DNA of 63,418 nt, filler included, from Octopus bimaculoides (lineage: Eukaryota), in assembly GCF_001194135.2 (NCBI RefSeq). It is 5 parts of 3 records of this genome, joined end to end, with 100 filler letters (N's around TTAATTAATTAA, not from the genome) between each part and the next. Parts side by side here need not be neighbours in the genome. Positions count along the whole stretch, not along the records: positions 42,920 to 51,505 come from NC_068983.1; positions 51,606 to 56,724 come from NC_068995.1; positions 56,825 to 63,418 come from NC_068983.1; 2 more parts are not named here. One strand, written 5' to 3'. Below the pieces are notes generated by a model. The model was given only the letters and a program-made list of their open reading frames with translations. It ran no database searches and was not told where the DNA came from. Below, in pieces: positions 50,187-63,373 of the stretch (the stretch's first letter is position 1; each line of letters starts with the position of its first letter). The position numbers and the translations under genes were made by a program.

Positions 50187-51605
50187 GTATGTTACGTTGG
50201 GGATTTATTATTCGACGTGTCATTTTTTCCTCTATTTCATTCCTTTTCTATCCTCTTCTAATCACGATAGAATAATCCTATATACCTCCGAGAGCAAAAA
50301 TAATACACAAAGATATCTATATTCCACATGCATTTACACACACACACACACACACANNNNNNNNNNNNNNNNNNNNNNNNNNNNNNNNNNNNNNNNNNNN
50401 NNNNNNNNNNNNNNNNNNNNNNNNNNNNNNNNNNNNNNNNNNNNNNNNNNNNNNNNNNNNNNNNNNNNNNNNNNNNNNNNNNNNNNNNNNNNNNNNNNNN
50501 NNNNNNNNNNNNNNNNNNNNNNNNNNNNNNNNNNNNNNNNNNNNNNNNNNNNNNNNNNNNNNNNNNNNNNNNNNNNNNNNNNNNNNNNNNNNNNNNNNNN
50601 NNNNNNNNNNNNNNNNNNNNNNNNNNNNNNNNNNNNNNNNNNNNNNNNNNNNNNNNNNNNNNNNNNNNNNNNNNNNNNNNNNNNNNNNNNNNNNNNNNNN
50701 NNNNNNNNNNNNNNNNNNNNNNNNNNNNNNNNNNNNNNNNNNNNNNNNNNNNNNNNNNNNNNNNNNNNNNNNNNNNNNNNNNNNNNNNNNNNNNNNNNNN
50801 NNNNNNNNNNNNNNNNNNNNNNNNNNNNNNNNNNNNNNNNNNNNNNNNNNNNNNNNNNNNNNNNNNNNNNNNNNNNNNNNNNNNNNNNNNNNNNNNNNNN
50901 NNNNNNNNNNNNNNNNNNNNNNNNNNNNNNNNNNNNNNNNNNNNNNNNNNNNNATATATATATATATATATAACTCATCTACCCATTCCTTTTTACTCTT
51001 TTCATATTTCTTTCATTTGTCTCTTTTTCCTTCATCTTTTCCTTCTGGGATCTCCTCTCCCTTATTTTTTTCTTTTTCACTTTTCTCTGTTCGTTTTCTC
51101 TGCTTCAATGTGGTTCTTTCGGCATTCTTCTTTCTTTTTACACTTCTTTTACCCATTTTCTCTTCTTGTTTTGTAAATGTGTGTGTGTGTGTGTATTTGT
51201 GTGTGTGCATAAAACATACATACATACGTTGACCCTCGGCAAAATCACAAATTTTATATAATTTGCTTTGTGGGAGCAACTGTTTTATCGAATGCGTATA
51301 TTGTTGTTAAATGCTCAAAATACGAGACTAGAAAAACAGCTAACAACTGATGAAGGGTCGTTCTTTATGTTGCTTGTTTCGTTTTCCATTTGTGCCTTTC
51401 GTTGTTCGAAAGAATAGTTCATGTTTCATGTACTCGTGCTTCGTACCTTTTTGTTGTACACGTTTCGTGACGTCCTGTGCCCACATATTCATATATATAT
51501 ATATANNNNNNNNNNNNNNNNNNNNNNNNNNNNNNNNNNNNNNNNNNNNTTAATTAATTAANNNNNNNNNNNNNNNNNNNNNNNNNNNNNNNNNNNNNNN
51601 NNNNN

Positions 51606-51671
<66 letters not shown>

Positions 51672-52440
51672 TGTATGTATATATATATATATATGTATAT
51701 ATGTGTGTGTATAAATGTATGTATATATACTCTACTTATGTCTAATTATACACATGTATGTGTGTGGGTGTGTTGTACATCTAAAGCATGATACATCAAT
51801 ATAGATTTACTATTTGTTTCTTCCTTTCGTCACATACATATCCATATATGACCCCCACACATGACATGTATATATCTGACCCTCGTTATCATATCTCAAC
51901 CACCAGCAAACTTATTCTCCCATTCTTCTATCTAACAACCCACCCAACACCTTTTAATTAATCATTCATCCGTTCATTCACCCACCCGTCCGGGCATCCA
52001 CCCATACATCCATTCTCCCTCTCATCCCACCCGCACATCCATCCGTCCATTCAAGCGTTCATCTACCCATTCAATGAATCACTCATTCCTTCCTTCCATC
52101 CTCCATTGCATTCGCCCTCCCCCATTCGTTCGTCCGTTCGTTCGTTCGTTCGTTCCTTCCTTCCTTCCTTCCTTCCTTCCTTCCTTTATTCATTCATTCA
52201 TTCACCCATTTCGTGATAAATAAATGCATGACATTACAATTTCGTTTTGTCACGAAGAACTTAAAGAATTCACCAGAACGATTTTGGGAACGAAATACTT
52301 TAGTGCAGATAAAATTTCTTAGTAATTCACGAAAGAAAAATTGAAATAAAAGCAGTTAAGATATATTTAAAACGATTAAAGATCATACAAATGTTAAAAG
52401 CAAAAGAAAAAGATTATATATATATATACGTACATATATA

Positions 52441-52527
<87 letters not shown>

Positions 52528-52542
52528 GTATATACATATAAG

Positions 52543-52581
<39 letters not shown>

Positions 52582-52664
52582 ATGAAAATTTAAGTAAAGC
52601 ATCAGAATATGCTTTTTACTGTTGTTGGAGGCCATGATGGTTTTACGCTCTGGCCGGCGGAGTT

Positions 52665-52720
52665 TCAATGGTGGTTGTCACAGTTTTTGTGTGAGTTGCC
52701 GTCGTTGTCGTTGTGTGGAT
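52665..52720 (-). CDS. Candidate terminal exon of the minus-strand membrane protein gene
   Basis: Strong acceptor ttttttatcttccacag. Phase-1 frame (D)PHNDNDGNSHKNCDNHH-stop; phase-0 alternative IHTTTTTATHTKTVTTTIETPPARA-stop. Confidence 0.5.
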
Positions 52721-53039
52721 CTGTGGAAGATAAAAAATTGAAAACAAAACATCAGTTAAATATACTGAAAAGAGAAACCAACTAAATGCATAAATTGTCA
52801 AGTTACAAATGGGTCAACAGCTTAACAGATTGATGGAGCGATACACTGATGCATATGTACACATTCATACATGCATAAATATTTCATCAATGAGATATCT
52901 CATTTATTTTCCACAAGTAAGCTCTGCTGACGGGGAAAAGCCATTGATCAAATCCAGAAATTGATCAATCCAGAGTTATCTATATTGTTATGGATTTGCG
53001 TTACCTTGTTCCCTCGATTTTAACACGAGTATAACTCTG

Positions 53040-53079
<40 letters not shown>

Positions 53080-53300
53080 TATTGTGTCAGGGGCGAGTCA
53101 TTCTCTTTTGGTGCCTTATAATCTAACACACACACCGGTAAAATTTCCACTTATTTCTTTTTTATTTTTCTAAAATTTTCGTTGCGTCTTTCAACTGTTG
53201 AATGACTCTCTCCAGCCAACAGAATATGCTTCAGCACACGAACTCACATAAAGAATCTTGCAAACCAAATCCCAAAACGAAATATATATATGTATATATA

Positions 53301-53347
<47 letters not shown>

Positions 53348-53356
53348 ATGTGTGTA

Positions 53357-53398
<42 letters not shown>

Positions 53399-53459
53399 CA
53401 TATACATATATATATATATAATTATATGTATATAATTTCATATATATATATATATATTA

Positions 53460-54420
53460 AGCAAGACGTAAGTTAGAGGTTATGCAACCATTTAGAGGAT
53501 AGGTGTACCTGTAGGCACTCCTGGTGTATTACCTCACTCTGTATAGTCCTAGATATAAGGTATACCGTGTTTTAAGTATATAGAAGAAATGGAGTAAGAA
53601 TTAACAATGAGAAGTGGATAATTGATGTTAAAAAGTCATTATTTAATTGTAATTCGGAAACATTTACAGCTGTTTCTGTTTATCAAATCGGAGTAAATTT
53701 GCATTTATCTCGTTACATTTAACAAACATCTTCAGAATGATTTTAGAGGGAAATAAACGAAAGGCACAGAAAAAGAAAAAGGGAAAAAAGTTCGTTAAGT
53801 CTTTAGGCTTACATTTTAGTGACTTATTGGGTTCCACGTGTTTGTAGTTCCCTTTATTAGCTGTATGGGGCAGTAAGTGGGGACAATGACTTTTTGACCG
53901 GCGGTGTTGGCCGAAGGAGTTATACCTAATAACAACACCGGATATCTCCACCAGCTATATACCAACACTAGCGCTGCTGAGGGTAATATTCTCTGGGAAC
54001 ACATAAAAGCTTTTTTCAGAATTATTTACTTTGACTTGTTATTATCTCATATCTGATTAGCCTGTTATTACGTAACATGCTTCACGATTTTAGTATACAT
54101 ACCTTATTAGTATTTCCTTCTAAGTTCTATATACTCTGGGAACGTATTACAGCCCTTTTCGGCGCTACTTTATTTGAATTCTTACTATCGGATAATTTAT
54201 TTCATGGTATTACATGACTGGCTTCACAATTTGGGTATTCATAACTTATTAGGAATTCCTAAAAACAAGATCCTGTGTAAGACACTTCAGTGTTCTCTGT
54301 AAATGCACAGAAACCGTTTTAAGGGCTACATACTTTGTATTGTTCTTACTGGATTAGCGAAACAATTATGAGAACGGAACCAAGGGATAAGCCCCACTTT
54401 TCCAGGAATTACGAGGTACG
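53460..54420 (-). mobile_element. Non-coding PLE-type terminal-repeat-like element between (TA)n runs
   Basis: Carries an intact HHR; bounded by microsatellites; no ORF recognised. Boundaries approximate. Confidence 0.5.
53661..53739 (-). ncRNA. Canonical type I hammerhead ribozyme with extended stem II
   Basis: catt-CTGAAGA-tgtttgttaaat..atttgataaaca-GAAA-CAGCTG-TA-aatg. 12-bp stem II plus a distal gag/ctc, taaat/attta helix. Confidence 0.9.
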
Positions 54421-54509
54421 TCAGCTAGTATATACATATGTATAATGTATGTATGTATGTATATATATATATATATATATATATTTGTGTATATATATAT
54501 ATATGATTA

Positions 54510-54950
54510 TTACCATCAGTTAACGTTCATTTTCCATGCTGGTATGGGTTGGGTAGTTTGACGGGATCCATCAAACTATAGGACTGCATTGAGCTCCTAT
54601 ATCTCCTTTCTGCTGACGAACCACTGAATTTGCTCTACAATAAGACACCTGTTTCTTTCCTGTTATCATATTTTCGCCTCTCATCACTTGGCACAGACCA
54701 CATTCCTCAAATCTACCCCAACCCAGCCATTCTCACCTAAGCAGTCTTGTCTTGTATCTTACCTGGCAACCTCACTAGTGCTGGTGTCCTGAGAAAAGCA
54801 ATAAACAAACATCAAGTAAACTTCGTAAAATGGTTGGCGTTAAGAAGGACGGCCAGGTGTGGACATTGGAGCTGTGCACAATCTCCTGGCTCGCCGGATC
54901 CAGTGGAATCGTCCAACCCATGCTAGTATGGAATGCAAATTTTAAATGAT
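54510..54950. mobile_element. Two RTE-type tail fragments in opposite orientation
   Basis: ttaacgttcattttccatgctggtatgggttggg (54520) versus cgtccaacccatgctagtatggaa..ttttaaatgatgat (54910). Confidence 0.7.
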
Positions 54951-55222
54951 GATAAAGAGGAGGAGGAGGAGTTCTGAAAATAAAGAAGCAGTCAGGACCA
55001 TGGACATGTGAAATGATAGACATTGTTTCTTTTAGTCCAAAGCATTTTGAGTTCGGATCCTACTTCCTGTGATTAGAGAACATGCATCTTTTGGGACCTG
55101 GCAAAAACAGTGATGTGTGCTTGGGTATTCCTTAAGCAAGTATCTCAGTAACTTCAGCTGACCATGCTTTATACCAGCAGAAAAATCAAGTGGATTTGAA
55201 ATTTGTGCGTGCACGCGCGTGT

Positions 55223-55285
<63 letters not shown>

Positions 55286-55334
55286 CGTGCGCGTGCGTGC
55301 GTGCGTGCGTGTGTGTTTGGGATATAGTACATAC

Positions 55335-55404
55335 CCTCTGCTGAAAACAACAATGTGTCTTTAAAATCGTAACAATAAAATGGTAAAAAACGAGTAATCG
55401 CCTG
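55335..55404 (-). CDS. Candidate juxtamembrane cytoplasmic exon
   Basis: Acceptor actttctttcag and donor G|GTATGT; QAITRFLPFYCYDFKDTLLFSAE; in frame with the upstream TM exon. Confidence 0.4.
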
Positions 55405-55476
55405 CTGAAAGAAAGTATACGATTTATAATTACACCTGGAGATACAGACTATAGATAGCTTTAGGTGGATACTTAC

Positions 55477-55587
55477 AGCGTGTGTGTGACAACGGTAAAC
55501 GATGTATAAAAGTAAGCCTAAAGTGAGCATAACAAGCAGAAGCAGCAGCACGGAGATGATGCTCAAAGCTAGAATGGTTTCCAACTG
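55477..55587 (-). CDS. Transmembrane-helix exon of a single-pass membrane protein
   Basis: Acceptor tttcttatttgacag and donor GCT|GTAAGT; 111 nt; QLETILALSIISVLLLLLVMLTLGLLLYIVYRCHTHA (about 25 hydrophobic residues followed by Arg-Cys). Confidence 0.7.
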
Positions 55588-56421
55588 CTGTCAAATAAGA
55601 AACAAGTAATATACAATAAAAATATACTGAGAAAAAAGAGAAAGCTATGCTGTAAAAGATACATACATACAACTGGGGGGTGGGGGTGGGGCAATCAGTC
55701 CCTTGTTAAATGACAGCAGAGGGAATTATATCAAAATACAGACAGTTAAACAGAGTAGGTGTTTGCATTGATCACGAACACAGAACTATACCACCATTTG
55801 ATTCCAAGATTGTTGGCAGTTACGTGCCTCAGTGAGACCACACCTTGGTCCACTGCATCACAGTGCTTCGCCTCCTTACTGCGAGGTGGACCAAACTAAA
55901 ATCTTGACAGTTAAGTCTCACGGTCGTAGATATGATATAGTGCAGTGGTTCTCGAACTTTTCAAAAGAATTTTACATGCCGGGTCCCCTTACACGTTTTT
56001 CGATAATTCGTGGTCTCCTATAAAATGCAGGATAATTAACATGGAAAAATGACATACACCGTAATTTCGAGACTATGAATTTGTATGAGAATGGTTATCT
56101 GGCAAAGGACAAAATCATGTGGGAACATGCAACGGTGAGGATAACGATGGCGGGAGACATGCAAACATGTGGATTGCAATAGTGGAATGGTGAATCATGT
56201 GAACGTACAATACCGACGGCATATTTACCATCGGCCAATCACCCATGTTGTACTACAAGTATGATTAGCAAATGAGTGTGCAGAAGAGGCGCAGGGTTTT
56301 GAGGTCAACGACACAAAAGCTGTCTCCCCATCCGGTAAGGAGTTAATTCACTAGTAAGGGCTCGGACGTCGTTCTTTAAATAATTTTCACAAACTTAACG
56401 TACACGCATAAACACGCACGT

Positions 56422-56461
<40 letters not shown>

Positions 56462-56493
56462 ATGCTTGTTTTTATATGTACATGTGCGTGTGT

Positions 56494-56558
<65 letters not shown>

Positions 56559-56824
56559 TAGATAGATAGATGTGGTGAATCTTGCAAATTTAAATTAACA
56601 GTTCAATATGTGCGTATATGCGTGTATGTATGTGTATATGTGTGTATGTATATATATGTATGTGCACGTGTGTATGTATGTATATATACATATGTGTACG
56701 TGTACGTATATATATATATATATANNNNNNNNNNNNNNNNNNNNNNNNNNNNNNNNNNNNNNNNNNNNTTAATTAATTAANNNNNNNNNNNNNNNNNNNN
56801 NNNNNNNNNNNNNNNNNNNNNNNN

Positions 56825-57111
56825 AAATTGTTTGGCGATCATGCTCTTCTCTTTCTCTCCTTCCGTTGTCTGTGGTGAAAGGAACAAAAGAGGAGTGGAG
56901 TTGTTGTTGTTGTTTTTGTTATTGTTGTTCTTGGTGGTAGTGGTGGCTGCGATGTCGGTGGCAGTAGTGGTTTTGGTTTTGTTGTCGTTGGTGGTGGTCG
57001 TAATGGTGGTAGTGGAGGTGGTGAAGGCAGTAGTAGTAAACGCAGCATTCCTGGTCTCTACGTCTTGTGTTCGTTCATGTGGAATGACTTGTTGGTCAGT
57101 CTCCTTGCCTG
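56825..57111 (-). CDS. Candidate Thr/Asn-rich (mucin-like stalk) exon, truncated by gap
   Basis: Open frame AGKETDQQVIPHERTQDVETRNAAFTTTAFTTSTTTITTTT..STPLLFLSPQTTEGEKEK; putative phase-1 acceptor ctccaatag; donor not seen. Confidence 0.4.
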
Positions 57112-57374
57112 CTATTGGAGGCAAATCGACCACGTGTGAAGGCCTAGCCATATTTGTTTTACGAAGTATGGCAAATAAGCCGGAGAAAAATCAAAAACTT
57201 TTGGAAATAAACTCCAGAAGGAGCCACTGCCTATTACAAAAACTCAATAGGGTCGAAGTGTATAGTTTTATACACCTCTTCCACAAAAAATATTTTAAAA
57301 CTGCAAAATTTTTGACATATAAAAGGCCAACTTACTTGCGAGCCGATGCGACTAGCATCCGTCCAGATCAAGAC

Positions 57375-57435
<61 letters not shown>

Positions 57436-57689
57436 TGCAATTGAATGGATAGAGAAGCATTTCTCTTATTTTTGCATATATGCCATACAACTTTGAACAG
57501 AAAGTCATAGAAAACCTAATTAAGAATATACGTTGAAAAATCATGTACGAATTTATATGATATCTGTAACCCCCACCATCACCCCAATTAAGGACCTTAA
57601 ATACTTCATTTCCAACCTCTTCATCGTGACGAAAATTTTCAGGTTATGGACACAACACAAATTCGTTTATAAACTTTGAAAAATAACAT

Positions 57690-57860
57690 TAGAAAATGCT
57701 CGAAACATTTTCTACCTTGTGTATGCTCTTTGCTCTTTTGCCGAACCGCTAAGTTACGTGGACGTAAACGCACCATCATCGGTTGTCAAGCGATGTTGGG
57801 GAGACAAACACTGACACACAAACATACACCCCCCCCACACCCCNNNNNNNNNNNNNNNNN

Positions 57861-57897
<37 letters not shown>

Positions 57898-58000
57898 TAC
57901 GACGAGCTTCTTTCAGTTTCCGTCTACCAAATCCATTCACAAGGCTTTTACAAATAAAGTATCTTTATCTGTTCCTAGTTTCAGCCATTCAGTTGCGACT
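57690..58000 (-). mobile_element. SINE, fragmented around a (TA)n gap
   Basis: ttttgccgaaccgctaagttacg..ggttgtcaagcgatgttgggg and cttctttcagtttccgtctaccaaatcc are reverse complements of SINE body. Confidence 0.8.
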
Positions 58001-59189
58001 GTGTTGGAGTACCGCCCCGGCAAAACCGGGGGTGGAATCGGCTTGTGGGGGAACAAATACAAAGATAAATGCGTGTACGCGCACATACACATATGTTCTT
58101 ATATAGACGTATACATCCATACATACTCACAAACACATACAGAGACACACACAAAAACACACACACACATACGTACATGCATATATTCGTTATGTGCGAA
58201 AGAAGCGGTATGAGATCAAAATAGAATATTAGATTAAAACAGAATACAGAAAGCAGATACATCATTCATAGACTAATTTGCTACAATATTTCTGCTGGGA
58301 GAGTAACTATTATAGACGTACAGAGTTAAAAACACAGAAATATATCTGGAGCAGACGAAAATTTTCAAGCAGTAGTGATGTCATTGCTAAATGCCAATTT
58401 CCTTCCCTTAGGGCTGCATGACCTTCAAGTACGTACTGATAACTGTGTACTATAACTGACATTATCTTAGAATGAGTACTACAGTAAATCAGGCTTACAA
58501 TGGTATTTCTGCATTAAGTATGATGCGTGGATTGCAATTTTAAACCAATATTGTATTTGTCACACGTAACGAATTTTTCTTCACCTAGCTGGTTAATTGC
58601 GACATCAGTTATTTTTCTAATCAGTTTATTACTATACCATTAACGGCTGATTTTTTTTTGTTGTTTTTTTTTTTTTGTTAGCTGTCAGACCAAAGCGAAT
58701 AAGAGGGAATAAGTAGCAAACTTAATCAAAAGTACCCGTGGATGGGTCAAATTTTTCGACTAGACCGTTCAAAGAGGCACTCCAGAATGACTGCAGTTGA
58801 ATGACTGAGACAAGTAAAAGAATAAAATAGCACAGTTGCATAGAAAGCAAAATTCATTAATATTATGAGAAAATTTCAATTTTGTTGCTTTAGCAGCTTT
58901 TCTACATTTCCGCTAATATTTAATATCAATTATGTTCATTTTAGACTAATAATGTAACTAATAATATTAGTACTGTAATAATAATATTAATAATGTCATA
59001 TTACATTATCGTATTATAATATCAACATTATCGTATTATAATATCGTATTATAATATTGTATTATAATATCAACATTATTACTGCAAAGTTAATGGATCT
59101 AAACATATCTATATCGTGTCTATAGATTGTACCTAGCGTTAATATCTCCGGTATATGGCAAAATATTTATTCCTATTTTATATTTTATC

Positions 59190-59400
59190 TTTTAATTGTT
59201 TCAGTAATTAGACTGTGGCCATGCTGAGGCACCGCCTTGAAGAATAGCTTTTGGTCGGATGTATCGACCCCAGTACTTATTCTTAAAAGATTGGCACTTA
59301 TTCTGTCGGTCTCTTTGGCCGAAGCGCTAAGTTACGGGGGACGTAAACACACTAACGTCTGTTGTCAAGCAATGGTAGCGGACAAACACAGATGGAAAAA
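59190..59400 (-). mobile_element. SINE 3' half
   Basis: gtttcagtaattagactgtggccatgctg..gccgaagcgctaagttacggggacgtaaacac. Confidence 0.8.
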
Positions 59401-59414
59401 TACACACACACACA

Positions 59415-59471
<57 letters not shown>

Positions 59472-59475
<4 letters not shown>

Positions 59476-59640
59476 CATAGTATCTCTGGTGTGCTTGATC
59501 CACTGGTGCTGATTGTGGATCCCAAGTACACAAAATCATCCACTTCCTGAATCATCTCTCCGTCTACGGTGAAGTCACCTTGGTCTGTCCTCTACTTATC
59601 CACCACTAAGATCTTTGTCTTCTGTATATCCTTTACAGAG
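59472..59640 (-). mobile_element. RTE RT fragment
   Basis: IQKTKILVV..FTVDGEMIQEVDDFVYLGSTISTSGSSTPEI. Confidence 0.75.
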
Positions 59641-60178
59641 GAATAGGTCACTCTGTGCACTCATGTCTTTCACTTAGCGTATAGCAGGAAGTTACTCATT
59701 TTTTTTTTTGTCTAAGATTTTATTTGTCACAAAGAAATGACAAGAATTATATTACCTGTCTATTTCATTGAAACTAAACTAAAGAAAGCATCAGATTATT
59801 GACTTAAGGTCATTGTAGAGGAAAGTAGCATTTTGTATCATTATAGCAAGAACGTTAATATACAACAAGAAGTGTATGTGAGATTGAGTGACATAGCTTC
59901 CAGAGGGCACGTTATCTGCTAACTAACATCGGAAAAAAAACAGGCTTTTATAACTTTCTATGGAAGTTTCTACAAGCGTTCTGAAATATATTTTAGAATA
60001 ATTGTGGCTAACACCTAGAATGACTTCGGCTGAAATCTTTTCAACCAACGAGAGAAGCCATTTTAAATTAATTTAAAACATAACTGTCGAAACAAAACAA
60101 CTTTCACGATATCATCAAAGGGGAGAGAATTTCTTCACTGGTGATTTGAAGATGCTGTATATTTGATTTTCAACTTAA

Positions 60179-60632
60179 CCCTTTAGTATTTAAACCGGCC
60201 ATATCTGTCCCAAATATTCTATCGGTTACATATTCAAACCAGCCGGATCTGGCCTCTCACACCTACCCTAAAATGTTAATCTAATAATAAGCAATAATAT
60301 CATTTAAACCCCAAAACTACGAGATAATACATGATTAAAACAAGGCGAATAAGCATTACATTTAACAAAATATGATTTGGTACTTTTCGGTTATCTTACC
60401 CCACCCCATTAAAATGTTGCCATTAAAAAGCTGAGTTTATGTGGCGACAACAGATTGGATTAAAAGAGTTAGATCCTTTTGATTCAATACTTCAACAGAT
60501 CGTTGAATGTTTGGCCCCCGAATAGGCATGCTATGATTTGTTATAAAAATGTTATCAAATTCAATAAGATGTTTAACTCTCACAGTTTTCATGTTTATTG
60601 ACTTTTCCATTTCTTTTTTTTTTTTTTAAGGG
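60179..60632. mobile_element. piggyBac-type MITE
   Basis: TTAA|CCCTT...AAGGG|TTAA: TTAA target duplication and CCCTT termini; non-coding interior. Confidence 0.65.
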
Positions 60633-61473
60633 TTAAACAATTTTTTTAGTTGAGGAAGATAACCAAAAGTACCGATATTTCTCGTAAAACGGGGGGAGAA
60701 AACCCAATTTTTAATGGGGGGGGGGGTGAGATAAGCAAAAAGTACCCATGATTTTTCATCAAAATAAGCTGTTGGAGATGTAAAAGTATATTCAAATCGC
60801 TTAGAATGTTAAGAATTGAGAGGAGTTAAAGATAATAAGAATAGAGGGCAAATGTGAATAGAAAAACTTAAAATAGAAGAATGCCTTCTATTCGCATGGA
60901 TTCTATTGAAAGCAGGCGGGCGGTCGTTGATGGAGAGAGAGGGACATAAATGGTGAATGGAGTGATACCAAATGTAGAATTGGTAGCAAGCAATAAAGCA
61001 GAAGGCGAATGCTTTACTCCGTTGAAAAGACGGACTTCTGGAATGTGTTACTGAAACACAAATAGGGATGAGGAATAAAAGGGTGCAAAGTAAATGTGGA
61101 GATATTGTGTTTAGCGAGTGGTGGAACTAGATGAATAACAGAGAGGGGTCCGTTGTTGTGGTATGTGTTGGTATTAAATTAGAATGAATATAAAATTGGA
61201 GATAACGGTGTTGACGGGTAATAACTTATGAACTGGTGGTCTGCAAAGATAAAACAGAGCAGAGAAACGTTATAAGAGAAGTTAAAATGTAGGCCAAAAG
61301 AAAATTATAAAATAACAAAGAAACGAATGGAAATATCTAGAAAAATCATACGTAAAGATTAACGTGTGTTCTTGCACATGTAGTTACATAAATACACGCA
61401 CGCACGCACACAAACTCACACATTCACACATACACACAAATAAACAAACACATATTCAGACATGCATACAAAA

Positions 61474-61475
<2 letters not shown>

Positions 61476-61527
<52 letters not shown>

Positions 61528-61546
61528 ATCTCTCTCTCTTTCTCTA

Positions 61547-61610
<64 letters not shown>

Positions 61611-61728
61611 GCATATATACATATGTATATATATATATACATATATTCACAAGGATACATACATTATATACATATATTATGCGCACACACAGAGACACAC
61701 ACATAAATATATGTAGGTGTGTGTGTAC

Positions 61729-61785
<57 letters not shown>

Positions 61786-61790
61786 AGCGT
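61476..61790. repeat. (TC)n/(CA)n/(TG)n microsatellites
   Basis: Directly visible. Confidence 0.95.
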
Positions 61791-63260
61791 ATGTGTGCAC
61801 TGATACATATATGGAAATATATATATGCGAAAGAATTGGGCAAGATTACTAATCCAAATCTTGATAAGCATATTGTCAAAGCTACAGTGTGTGTGCGTGC
61901 GTGCTTGCGCGCGTGATAGTGTGTGTATATGCGTGTGTGTGCGTGTGTGTTCGTGTGTGTGCGTGTGTGTGCGTGCGTATTTCACGCACTGAAATTTAAC
62001 ACAATATATCTTTAATATAAATCATGTTGGTGAATGACATTAAAGTGTGTCTGGTTTGTGTCTGCATTACATATAAAATGTGTATGTATATGGATATATA
62101 TATATATATATATANNNNNNNNNNNNNNNNNNNNNNNNNNNNNNNNNNNNNNNNNNNNNNNNNNNNNNNNNNNNNNNNNNNNNNNNNNNNNNNNNNNNNN
62201 NNNNNNNNNNNNNNNNNNNNNNNNNNNNNNNNNNNNNNNNNNNNNNNNNNNNNNNNNNNNNNNNNNNNNNNNNNNNNNNNNNNNNNNNNNNNNNNNNNNN
62301 NNNNNNNNNNNNNNNNNNNNNNNNNNNNNNNNNNNNNNNNNNNNNNNNNNNNNNNNNNNNNNNNNNNNNNNNNNNNNNNNNNNNNNNNNNNNNNNNNNNN
62401 NNNNNNNNNNNNNNNNNNNNNNNNNNNNNNNNNNNNNNNNNNNNNNNNNNNNNNNNNNNNNNNNNNNNNNNNNNNNNNNNNNNNNNNNNNNNNNNNNNNN
62501 NNNNNNNNNNNNNNNNNNNNNNNNNNNNNNNNNNNNNNNNNNNNNNNNNNNNNNNNNNNNNNNNNNNNNNNNTATATATATATATATATATATATATATG
62601 CATATACACATATATACATATATACACACACAGACACACACATATATATATATATTTATATGTATAAATACACACGCACACTCACATACACACACACACT
62701 CACATACACACACACATACACACATATATATATATGTGTATATATATATACGCCCCAGCATGATAGCAGTCTAATGCCCCAAACAAGTAATAGATAAAAG
62801 ACACACACACACACAAACTCAGACACATCTTTGTGTCTATGTGTCCATGCGTGAGTGAGTGTGTTTATGTGTGTGTGTGTGCGCGCGCGCGCCTGTATGC
62901 ATATATATATGCGTGTGTATGTGTGCATCTCAAGTATTCAGAGTTGAAGGAATACATATATGTGTCAATGATGGAATGTTTAAAGAGATCTTAAGGAAGG
63001 CGGTTTAAAAGCTGATGTTTAGCGGTTGCCGAGTGTTTGCCAGCAATGATGACAAAACATGTTCGACTGAAGTAGTTGAGTGAAATGAAATCTGAGATTA
63101 AAATACTAAAACAGATGTTTTACATTCTTTCTTTGTTATCTCTCTCACAATCTATATTCCACAAAATTTCAATGAATTGAAGTACAGCTAGACATGTAAT
63201 GACACGGAGGTAATACTCCCATACACTCATTCACACACACACACACATACATACATACAT

Positions 63261-63291
<31 letters not shown>

Positions 63292-63341
63292 TACATACAT
63301 ACATACATACAAATATATATGTGTGTGTGTGTTTGTGTGTA

Positions 63342-63373
<32 letters not shown>

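Noticed and set aside
15126-56780. Recurrent TTAATTAATTAA motif
   Set aside because: Always centred in N runs; an assembly spacer.
56832-57380. 182-aa plus-strand Val/Leu-rich ORF
   Set aside because: Antisense shadow of the Thr/Asn-rich tract; no recognisable domain.
58985-59080. 14/22-bp tatcgtattataa repeats, and 90-bp repeats at 26100-26360
   Set aside because: An ordinary minisatellite and LINE 3' UTR repeats; no unique spacers, so not CRISPR-like.
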